DNA of 63,720 nt, the filler included, from Folioceros fuciformis (Eukaryota), in the NCBI GenBank assembly GCA_049999805.1. It is 13 parts of 13 records of this genome, joined end to end, with 100 filler letters (N's around TTAATTAATTAA, not from the genome) between each part and the next. Parts side by side here need not be neighbours in the genome. Positions count along the whole stretch, not along the records: positions 10,863 to 22,126 come from JBNGIO010001692.1; 12 more parts are not named here. One strand, given 5' to 3'. Each line of letters begins with the position of its first letter. The first letter of the stretch is position 1. The notes beneath the pieces are model-generated. The model was not told the origin of the DNA and searched no databases. It saw only the letters and a list, made by a program, of their open reading frames with translations. Of this stretch, positions 11,357 to 22,226 are shown piece by piece. The position numbers and the translations under genes are program-made.

Positions 11357-12908
11357 CAGTGCAGGGGTATTTTCTGGGTCTAGAGAATGAGCAGCGGTGA
11401 AAGTGTCTGGCCAAGCGGCCGATGTGGAGTCCCAGGTGCCCTCGCAGAGAGGGTGTGCCTCATCTAGTACCAGACGATGGTTCCAGGCAAGAGTGTTGTC
11501 ACTTTGATACACTCAAAATCACCAAGTGGGCTGCCAGGAGAATGAGTGCAGACGAAGTTGGGGGATACCACCCCAACCAAAGGACATAAGTGGCATTCGG
11601 CTTGCCATCCGCAAGCAGCACGCCTGGTTGTTTGAAGGTAGAAAGCCTTTAGTACAGGCGTGCTCCTAGTGGGTGGGAAGCCCAATGATGGTTATGTTGG
11701 CAGAGATGGTGGGTTGTCGCTTCCGATGCCAAGCCTACAAGGTGCTCATTCAGGGGCACTAGAGGGGTAGTTTTTCCGGGTCAGGGGTCTTGGCCAGCAG
11801 AGTGGAGTGAGGGACCTGAAGGCAAAGGGGGTCTCTGAAGGGTTACAAGATGATCCAAGGGTCCGAGGGAGTGAAGGGCATTTTTGAGAGGCACTGGTGG
11901 TTGTTGGTAGGGGCAACTAGTGTCCAAGAGGTAGCGGGCAATTAGGGTTAGGATGAGGTTAGCGCTAGGCTTGGTTTAGGTCGGGGTTAGGAATAGGTTG
12001 GATTAAGGATTAGGTCATAGTTAGGTTTAGGTTAGAGTTAGGTTTAGGTCAGAGTTAGGGGCAGCTTAGGTCAGAATTAGGGATAGGCTTAGGTCGGAGA
12101 GAGAGACTATTGGCAGTGGAATGAGGCTAACCCTAGTAGACAGAGATGGGGGTCCTGGGCCAGGGTAGTATAAGGGGCCAGACCTGCTATTGAGGAGGGG
12201 GGTCTACGGTGTGATGTCCCCGAACCTTGTGTGCAGAACTCCTGGGTTCGGGCGCTGAGCCGGTTGAGACTGAATCGAGGTCCTGATTTCCCTTACCACT
12301 AGGGGAACGTGGAGATCCCAAGACTGTCAAGATCCGTGTGGCCGGATCCGCAAGGGCTGAATGATTCGCAGGTTGGCTGATGTGAAGGGACAGGACCGTG
12401 AGCTTGGAGGGCTATCTAGTCCTAGTATCCACACTATGCTTGAAGGCTGCAAGGAGTGAAGCCATTGTGTCCCAATTTCCAGGGAATAGTTGAAGAAAAG
12501 AGAGGAAGAGTTGAAGTGAAATGCATAGAAGTGAAGAGTGAGTTGCTGAAGTGCAGGAGTGTGTGCTAAAGTGAAGGGTGGAGGGCTGAAGTGAAGAGGA
12601 AGGGACTGAAGTGGGAATCTTGAAGAGCTGAAGTGAAGGAGGAAGGGCAGAAGTGGGAATCATGAAGAGCTGAAGGATTGAAGATCAGGAGTGTGAGTTG
12701 TGTGAGCTGATTTGGGGAAAGGCTAGGCTTCTAGCCATTTTGTTGTGAGTGTATGGTCAGGCCTATAGACCGGTTAATAGGTAGAAGTGTGATAGGTAGT
12801 GTTCCTTTGAACTAGTTCACTCCCTTGGGAGTGAACCATAAGACTGCAACGACAATAAGGGGATGTGTGGCCCTTGGGTGGTTCTTGGGTGCAAGAAACC
12901 ACTCCACA
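11357..12908 (+). mobile_element. Athila/Tat-like Gypsy LTR (U5 end at 12908) with a telomere-like array, nested in a Copia RNase H
   Basis: Ends ...CTGCAACGACA...CTCCACA exactly where the Copia reading (EACKEA|IWL) is cut. TTAGG-rich array at ~11940-12095 and TATA-like GTATAAG at ~12168. Homologous to 35592-36162. Confidence 0.65.
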
Positions 12909-15900
12909 GCTTCCTTGCAAGCCTCAGTCGCTGCAACATACTCGGCCTCTATAGTAGATAACGTTATGCACGATTGCAAACAAGATCGCCATGAGATTGC
13001 CCCTCTAGTGCACATGAAGACATAACCTGATGTGGACCTCCTTTTGTCCATATCCCCTGCATAATCAGCATCCATATATCCCACTACAGATGCATCTTCA
13101 CTACCAAAACATAAGCACAAAGCTTTCGTACCATTAAAGTACCTCATAACTCCTTTCACTGCCTCCAATGCTTCTTGCCAGAGTTTGACATAAACCTGCT
13201 AACCACTCCCACTGTAAAGGCAATGTCAGGACGTGTAGCAATCATTGCATACATCAACTCCCTACAGCTGATGAATATGGAACCTTCTCCATTTCAGCTT
13301 TGTCCTCCGTAGAGCTTAAGCAATCCTTGCTTGAAACTTTCACATATGGAGGCAACGGAGTACTCAATACCTTCCCTTTCTCTGTATTGAAATGTTGAAG
13401 CACCTTGTTAATGTACTCAGTCTGAAACAAGTAAAGCAAACGCTTCTGTGTGTCTCGACCAATACGCATGCCAAGAATATGGCTTGCCTCTCCCAAGTCT
13501 AAAATGTCAAAGCGAGCATTCAACTTTGACTTCAACGCTGAAATCTCATCACTGTTAGTCCCAGCAATCAGCATATCATCCACATAGAGGACCAGAATGA
13601 GCAAGCTTCCATCCTTAGCTTGCTTCGTATAGAGGCAATGATCCTCATCGCTATGTTTGTAGCCTTGAGAAAGCATAAATGAGTGGAATTTGAAATACCA
13701 CTCCCTGGGTGCTTGCTTCAAACCATAAAGGCTCTTCTTTAACCTGCACACCAGACTCTCTTTGCCCTTCTCAATGAAACCCTTTGGTTGCTACATGTAT
13801 ACCTCTTCCTCGAGATCACCATGCAGAAATACCGATTTCACATCCATATGGACAAGTTCCATGTCGTGCCTTGCAACCAAACCAAGAACACATCGCAAGG
13901 TGGTCATTTTGACAACTCGTGAGAAAATCTCATCAAAGTCAATACCTTACTACTGCTTAAGACCCTTAGCAACCAATCGCGCCTTGTACTTGGGTTTGCC
14001 ATAATGGGGTATGTCCTTCATCTTATACACCCATTTGCATGGCAACGCCTTCTTGCCCCTAGGCGACCGAACCAACTCCCAAGTTTGGTTCTTATCGAGC
14101 GAATCCATCTGCGACTGCATCGCCTTCTCCCATTTGTCCTTGTCAGTCACTGACATGGGCTCTTGATAACAAGAGGGTTCCCCACAATCCGTTAGCATGA
14201 CATAATCAAGAGATGCAACATAGCTGTCAGGACGACGTGAGATTCTTCCTGACCTGACCTACGAAGCACTTGTGCCTCGACCGGAGCTGGTTGCACTCTC
14301 TCCTCTTCTACAAGTGGAGGAACTTGTTCCTACACGCCACGACATTCAACTTGCGCGGGACGGTCAATTCTATCTTCTTGGAAGACCACATGTCGCACCT
14401 CCATAGTTAGAGTAGGCTTCTTGTGCATCTTGGTCTCATTGAAGAACACGTTATTGCTACGAACCATCCTCTTGGCTTCTAGATCCCACAGACGGTATCC
14501 CATCTCACCAGATTCACCATAGCCAAGAAAAATACATTTTCTTGACTTAGGAGTCAATTTGTCCCGAAACTCCTTTGAAACATGATAGTATGCCTCGCAG
14601 CCAAACACTCGTAGATGCTTGTAAGACGGCTTCTTTCCAGACCACATCTCCTCTAGAACCTGCTCATCCACAGCCCTATTAGGAGATCTGTTAATAAGAT
14701 GCAATGCCGTAACCACTGCTTCTGCCCAAAATCCGTTAGGCAATCTAGAGTTTGACAACAAACTACGCATCCTCTCCTGGATGGTCCTGTTCATCCGTTC
14801 AGCCACACCATTCTGGGGAGGAGTATACGGCGCAGTCAATTCTCTCTTGATTCCCTTGGAATCACAGAATAACTGGAAAGCCTTCGAAACATACTCTCCC
14901 CCATTGTCTGTCCTTAGACACTTCAGTTGCAGGCCAGACTGATTCTCCACGAGGGTGACAAACTTTTGAAACACTATCAGAACATCATCCTTTTTCCTCA
15001 AAGGATAAACCCACACCTTGCGTAAGAAATCATCTATGAAAGTGACAAAATAGGATGCACCGTCTAATGATACAGTGGGCATAGGTCCACAAACGTCACT
15101 GTGAACCAACTCAAGAGGTTTACTTTTCTGTTTACCTCTTGCTCCATGTGGTGGCTTCGTCTGTTTCCCATACAAACAGTGCTCACACACGGAGAAATCG
15201 GAGAAGTCAAAAGCAAGGATGTAACCAAAACGAGATAGTATCTTCATTCCTTTTTGAGACATATGTCCTAACCAACTATGCCACAAGGAAACACTTGGCT
15301 GTTCCGTTACACAAATCAGATGATCCTTGACAGTGGTTACCTGAAGTGAGTACAAAGTGCCACACTTCGATCCACGAGCTAACACAAGAGAACCTTTGGA
15401 GATCTTCCAAGAACGATCTCCAAACCAATAGTGGTAGCCAGCATCATCCAACTGCCCTGCGCTAATCATGCTTTTGGTCAACTTCGGAACATGCCTAACA
15501 TCCTTCAGTACGAATGAAGATCCAGTGTCGAACTTCAGCTGCCTATCACCAACGCCTGCAATCTCACATGCGTAGTTATTTCCAAGCCAAACACATCCTT
15601 TCCTAGTAGCATCATAAGTGCTAAACCACTCCCTATGCGGAGTAACATGAAAAGATGCTCCATAGTCAATTATCCAATTAGAGAATAAGTGACTCTCGAC
15701 GGCTGTCAGTTGTGCAGAATCGAAGGAAGAAGGGATAAGAACATCTCCATCGTCAACAACGTTCACCTCATCATGCTTGTAACTCATACTTGCCTTATTG
15801 TCGCTCTGCTTCTTCTCCTTTCCTTTGTCCTTCTTGATGTGACCCTTCTTATGACAATGGTAAGACTCAACATTATTACGACTACGAGATTTACTACGGG

Positions 15901-17049
15901 AAGAACTTCGCTCTTTGTACTTCCCCTTTGAAGTGGACCTTCCTCTCACTGTGAGGGCATTGGAACCTTTCGAAGGTTCCATATTCTTCCTGTTCACCTC
16001 CTCTGTTAACAGGCTACCTTCTACATTTACAACGGTAAGACCACTAGCTGGAGCGGAATTACTCATAGCTGTATGAAAGGTGTCCCAGCTCTCTGGTAAT
16101 GTGACCAACAGAAACATAGCTCTCATGGAATCTGGGAACGAGATACCTTGAGATGAGAGCTAGCTGAAAATGGTATTGAACTCGTTTAGATGATTGGACA
16201 TCCTCGTCCCTTCCTTCATCTTCAAGTCCACCAGTTGTTTCAACCAGTACACTTGAGAAGCCGCACTTTGCTTCTCGTACAGGTCACACAACTTTTGCCA
16301 TAGCTTGTAACTTGTGGTCTGTTTTTCACGTTGAAGTAGACCGACTTCGACAATGTTAGCATGATGGTAGACCTAGCAAGCTCATCTAGATCCTGCCACT
16401 CATCCTGAGTCATGCTAACGGGTGTCACTCCTAGCAACTTGATAGGCTTGATCTGCTTCTTCTGTACTAGAACATTATATGCTTGTTCTTTCCAAAACGG
16501 GAAGTTAGTTGCCTAGCGCCCGACTCGCGCCCGCGGCCGAGCGCCCTCCTCTTTGCGCCCCACTCCTAGCGTCCTTGCCGAAGTATGGCGGCCCGTGCTA
16601 CTGTTGCCCCTCCCCTGAGCACGTCGAGGTTGGAGACTCCTGTCGCCCCGGAATGCCACACACACTCGGATGAGTTCCTCATGGTCGCCTTGCTCAATTC
16701 CTCCGCAGCAATTGCAGTCATCACCCTTGCTCCATACCAAGCTCTGATACCACTTGTAGGATCGCTAGAAGGAGCTACTTGGTGAAGGAGAGGAGAGGAG
16801 GAGGCAAGGAGGAGAGGAGAAAGAGAGGTCACACTCTCACAATAGAGTCTCTATAGCAAGGGAGCTCAAGGGGGTATTTATACCCTTTAGAAGAGCTCCC
16901 TAGGAAGCTTTGCAAGAAGCGCACAGGAAGCTGCGCAAGAAGCTTCCTACAAATTAGCTTAAGCTAATATAAACTAATGGTACTTAACTAGACACTAATC
17001 TTAGACTAAACACATTAGTCTAAGCTCATTGGGCTTTAATAACCCTACA
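12909..17049 (-). mobile_element. Ty1/Copia (Tnt1/Tork-like) family A, copy 1: 5' LTR 16755-17049, PBS-Met 16741-16752, degenerate gag-PR-INT-RT-RH
   Basis: LTR TGTAGG...CCTACA; PBS TGGTATCAGAGC on the minus strand; gag NFPFWKEQ; integrase LELVHSDVCGP, LRTDNGGEY, PQNGVAERMNRT; RT LYVDDMLI; RNase H DADYAGDMDKRRSTSGY; several stops and frameshifts. Confidence 0.95.
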
Positions 17050-18024
17050 CTCCAATCTGTGTGAACTACAAAGGGCATGTTAAAATTGGGTCTGGCCAAC
17101 ATTGGTGCAACGATTAGCTCCAGCTTTAAGGTGTCAAAAGCTTGTTGTGCCTGTTCTGCCCATGTCCACTCTATATCCTTGCGCAGCAAATCATTAAGAG
17201 GCTTGGCAATCTTGCTGAAATTGGGTATGTATCTCGATAGTAATTGCATATTCCTAGAAATGCACGCAGGGCTGATACGGTGGTCGGTTCCTTAACTTGC
17301 ATAATTGCCTAAACCTTGGCAGCATGTGGGGTGACACCATTGGGAACAATTTTGTGGCCCAAATACGCCATAGTGCTCATGCCAAACTCACACTTGGCTG
17401 GGTGGCATGTGAGTTGTGCCTTCTGCAACCTTACAAACAGGTCTTCCAGGTGTACCAAATGATCCTCGAAGTCCATGTTGTGGACTAGCACATCATCAAT
17501 GTAGCACATGAGATAGCCGGCTCTAGCTAGTACTATGTCCATGATGCGCTGAAAGGTCATTGGCGCATTCTTGAATCCAAAGGGCATCATTAGCCATTCC
17601 CATAGCTGTTGAGAACCATGGAAGGCTGTCTTCTTGATATCTTAAGCTGCCACTAGGACCTGGTTAAACCCTTGTCGCAGGTCCAGTGTGGAGAAGAACA
17701 TAGACTGTCCAATACGGTCAAAGATCTCCTATGGTGTCGGCATTGGGTACCAATCCTGGGCAGTTATTGTGTTGATGGGCCTATAATCGCCACACATCCT
17801 CTTCTCAATCCACAAACCCTAGTTGTCCTCTTTGGGTGGCATCACAGTGATAGCAGCATAGTCACTGTTAGAAGGACGTATTAGGTCTGCCTCATACAGT
17901 TCCTTGCATCTTGCATCCACCATGTCCCATTCCAAATTACTCAACCTATACTGTCGCATGTATACAGGCTCTTGGGTGGTAAGGTTGATGCGCAAGGTTG
18001 TGACATTGCACCTCTTGAGCTTAA
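17050..18024 (-). pseudogene. Ty3/Gypsy reverse transcriptase to RNase H start, fragment cut on both sides by Copia LTRs
   Basis: EKRMCGDYRPIN, FSTLDLRQGFNQ, KTAFHG, MPFGFKNAPMTFQR, CYIDDVLVH, YLGH, FVVHTDWS; internal stops. Confidence 0.92.
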
Positions 18025-21000
18025 TGAAATAGTTAAGTCACCTAAGGTTAGGTTGACTATATGCTAGTGGTTTTATGAACAGTTATAACCACTTACATAA
18101 CTTTTGCATATATGCTTGATTTTCCCATGAACTTAATAACCATTTTTCATTTTCTGCCGCGCTCATGTGCTTTCGCTCGCACCCGCTCGTGCCCCCTTGA
18201 ATGATCCACACTCGTTTTATGGTATCAGAGCCGTAGGCAATCGGTTCGAGCGCCCATGTGTGGCGAGGCACAATGCCTAAGAGAGGGATTGCCTCACGTG
18301 CGCCTAGGCGGAAGGTCAACATAGAAGTTGATCACTTTCCCCTCACCAGAACTGGTTTTGTCTGCACAACTTGCCAAGAGAATTATCATCGTTCCGTGTC
18401 CCGGCAATCTTCACCAAGGCTTCCAGCTCGTGCAACCAGTTCTAGGCGCAGTGTGAGCCCATCACCCTCCGTCGGCAGAATCAAGACGGTGTGTACTGCA
18501 CCAGCCACGACATCTTGTTCTAGGCGGCGTCCTGACAAACAGAAAAAGGAAAGTGAAGTCCTTTCATGCCGTGCTAAGGAGCGTGAACTTCAGGATTTGG
18601 TTGAGAGCCTGACCGCTGGTATCACGCAACTCTACCTCCGATGTCAGACCCATCAGAGCTCCAAGCGCATGCAGTTTGTGGAGCTTCTGACTGCTTGTTG
18701 CGAGAAAGCGACCCCCTACTGATTTCCTGTTTGAGTTGGATGTGATGCCGCCTAGGACATGTCCAGATCCTCCTGAAGAAGAGGACTTCGACTTAGATTC
18801 TGGCGGCATCGTAGAGCCAGATCAGGATCTTGATCCACCGCGTGGTGAAGAACCCTATAGGCGTCCGGATTTCAATTCTGAGTTTGGGCTTCCTAGAGAA
18901 CCACCTGAAGGTGCTCGTGAAGGGCCACGAGGAGGTTTTGACTATTACCCCCGTGGTTCCTTTGGGGAGCAGACACCTCTGATCTCCCCGGGAGCAGCGA
19001 ACAGAACACAGCCAACCATAACTAGAGGGGCTGTTTCTGCCTCTGCTACGACAACTACTACTGCGACAACTTCCACATTAGCCTCGACGGGGGCATCCAC
19101 CTCAACTATGGCCGCTGCTCTTCCTCAACCTGCCTTGAAGATCGATTTCAGGGATAAGGATCGTTTCAATGGAAACGACTACAACACCTGGTCATTGAGA
19201 TTGACCCAGATATTTGAGGAAAATGAGTTGATGTCGGTGGTAGATGGAAGTGAAGTATGCCCAGCAGCAACAGGTACAAATGCAGCAGACGTTCTCGACT
19301 GGAAACGAAGGGACAGGAGAGCACGTTCAATCCTCATAGCTTCTCTTGACAGAAACATGATGCCTTCACACCTTGGGTGCTACAACCTCAGCAGTTGTAT
19401 GGCATAGTTTCAGTCAGATTTACAAGGATAAGAGTAATGCATCCTAGGTGTTTGCACACAGGGACTTCTTTGGCATGAGGATGAGGGACAACGAATCCGT
19501 TGAATCCTATATTAATCGCTTCAGGACTGCACGAGCTACCTTGCATACTGTGGCACAACCCTTACAGAGGAACAAGCTGGGACCAGTCTGTTAGCTTCAC
19601 TTCCGCAGAGCTACAGTCATTTTATGAGTTCACAGTTCGCTCGTGCATCCTCTGCTGCAGCCGGAGCTGTTCCTGCCCTTACACTGGACCAACTGATAGG
19701 GGCTTTGCTAGCTGAAGAGCGCACTAAGGGTTTTCATAAGGGAAAGGAGACTTCCCAACAGCATTCTGATTCGAGAGTTCTATTTTCTGGCCGAGGCAGA
19801 GGGAGCTTTCGTGGACGTGGTCGTGGAGGACAAGGTCGAGGGGGCTATTTCACAACTAAACAGCCAAATCTCCAAAGGAAGACTTTTACTTGTAATTGGT
19901 GTAAGATCCCAAGAGATTTTGAGAAGGACTGCAGGAAGAAGCGTGCTGGAGAGCCACGCAAGGATGCGACTGCTCCTGAATCCAACCTAACTACAGCCAA
20001 GCCATCAACAACGGCTAAGTCACCTTCCATTCTTGTTGTTTGTTTAGCTTCGGTTCAGATTCAATATGACATGTGGTTTTTGGACTCGGGGGCTACTAGT
20101 CACATTTGTTACGATAGGCGTGCTTTCCATGAGTTCTTACCAGCTTCTGATAGTCAGCAGTTCGTCTTATTAGGTGATGATAGTGGTTTGTCCATTAAAG
20201 ATTCAGGCTCAGTCACCCTCGAGCTGCCTAATTCCACCACGATGATTCTCACAGGTGTCCTGTTTGTCCCCGCCATGACTAAAAATCTAATGTCAGTCAT
20301 TAAGCTTTCTGAGGAACACTCCTGTAGAATTTGTTTTGATCATTCTGGTTGTTCCATTTCTAACATAGCTGACTGGGATGAAATTTTCTCAGGAACTCCT
20401 TTTAATGACTTGTATCTCTTGGATGTCAGGACTCTTTCCCAAGCACCCACAGCTCAGGTCAGCCAGTCTCCATCACTATCTCCCACTCAGCTATGGCATT
20501 GTCGTTTGGGACATGTCAACTTTCAGCGTTTGTCTTTGTTGGTGAATAACACAGTCTTTAAAGATTCCCTGTCATTCTCATTTGATAACCATGCTTTTTG
20601 CGATTCCTGTCAAGTTAGCAAAGCCATTTCCCAGCCATTTAGAGATCAGAACTTATCCAGAGCATCTGGTCTTCTCCACACAGTTCATAGTGACCTTTGT
20701 GGCCCCATGTCCACAGCCTCCTTTGGGGGTGCCCAATATTTCCTGACCTTCATTGACGAGTGGAGCAGATACTGTACAGTATATGTGCTGCATAGCAAAA
20801 GTGACACTTTCACCTGGTTCCAAGATTTCGTCACTATGGCCCAACGACAGACAGGCTGCAAACTCAGGATTTTGAGGTCAGACAATGGTGGAGAATACAT
20901 TAGTCATGCCTTTTCAGACTTTTGTGCAACAGAGGGAGCTCTTCATCAGTTTACAGTACCATATACACCTGCCCAGAATGCGTTTGCTGAACGCAAAAAA

Positions 21001-22126
21001 TGTACTTTACAAGAGGCCACTCTTTCTAGTTTGTCTTTTGCTGGACTGACTCGTGGCTACTGGGCAGAAGCTCTCGTTGCAGCTACTTATGTGCAGAATC
21101 GTCTCCCTACCAAAGAACTTGGGCTCATTACACCATATGAACGTTGGACAGGCAAGAAGCCACGCATCACTCACTTGCGGATTTTTGGCAGCCCTGCATA
21201 TGCCCTTGTACCTTCTCAGCTGTAAGCTCGACCCGAAGGCTGTTCGTCGAATCTTTGTTGGCTATGCTGAGGAAGTGAAGGGTTACAAGCTGTTTGATCC
21301 CAGTACTCGGCAAGTTACTTATTCACGCAGTGTGATTTTCCATGAGAATGCTTTACTTCGTCGACATGACAGCTTGTTATCACCTTCTTCTGTGTTGCCT
21401 CCTGCCACTATCCATGGTGTTGATGATGACGCTGATTTTGCTGATGATAAGGACACTGATGTTGCTGTCTTTGATTTTGAGGATACAACTCCTTCAACTT
21501 CACGGGGGCACATCAACCAGCCAGCGTCACCTCAGCCATCACAGTCTGTGTCATCTTCTTTTGAATCAGGAGGCACTAGAGGATCAACTGCTACAGATTC
21601 ATCCTGTTGATGAATCTGTAGCAGTTGATCCTCCAGTGCCTCCTGATTTACCTTTAGTTGCAGCCCCTGATCCTCCTTCTATCGAAGACACACCATCCTC
21701 ACCTGTCCTTCGCAAGTCTACCAGGTCTAGACCCCCTCGCCATGAGTGGATAGAACCACCATTTGTTGCTGGTGTAGCTTCCAAAACTCCTGTTCCAAAC
21801 TTTAACACTTATGAGCCAACTAGTTACCTTAAAGCCATCACAGGCCCTGAGGCAGAATTCTGGAAGGAGTCCATACAATGTGAATACAACTCTTTAATGG
21901 AAAATGGTACTTGGAAACTCGTAGACTTACCAATAAATCCAATTCTATCTCGTGGATTTTACCTGCTTGGATGCTGATAGTACTGTCTACATATTGTGGG
22001 ATGGAGATGACTTTCTTATTATATCCGTTTATGTGGACGACAACTTCCTTTTCAGTACTTCCTTGGCGTTGATGGCCAGAATCAAAAATGTTCTTTTATC
22101 TCGTTTTGACATGACCGACCTTGGGC
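18025..22126 (+). mobile_element. Ty1/Copia family B: 5' LTR ~18025-18219, PBS-Met 18220-18231, upstream ORF, gag-PR-INT, internally deleted RT
   Basis: TGGTATCAGAGC at 18220; gag RFNGNDYNTW; knuckle CNWCKIP; protease WFLDSGATSH; integrase LWHCRLGH, VHSDLCGP, LRSDNGGEY; RT YVDD; deletion at ~21931. Confidence 0.93.
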
Positions 22127-22226
22127 NNNNNNNNNNNNNNNNNNNNNNNNNNNNNNNNNNNNNNNNNNNNTTAATTAATTAANNNNNNNNNNNNNNNNNN
22201 NNNNNNNNNNNNNNNNNNNNNNNNNN

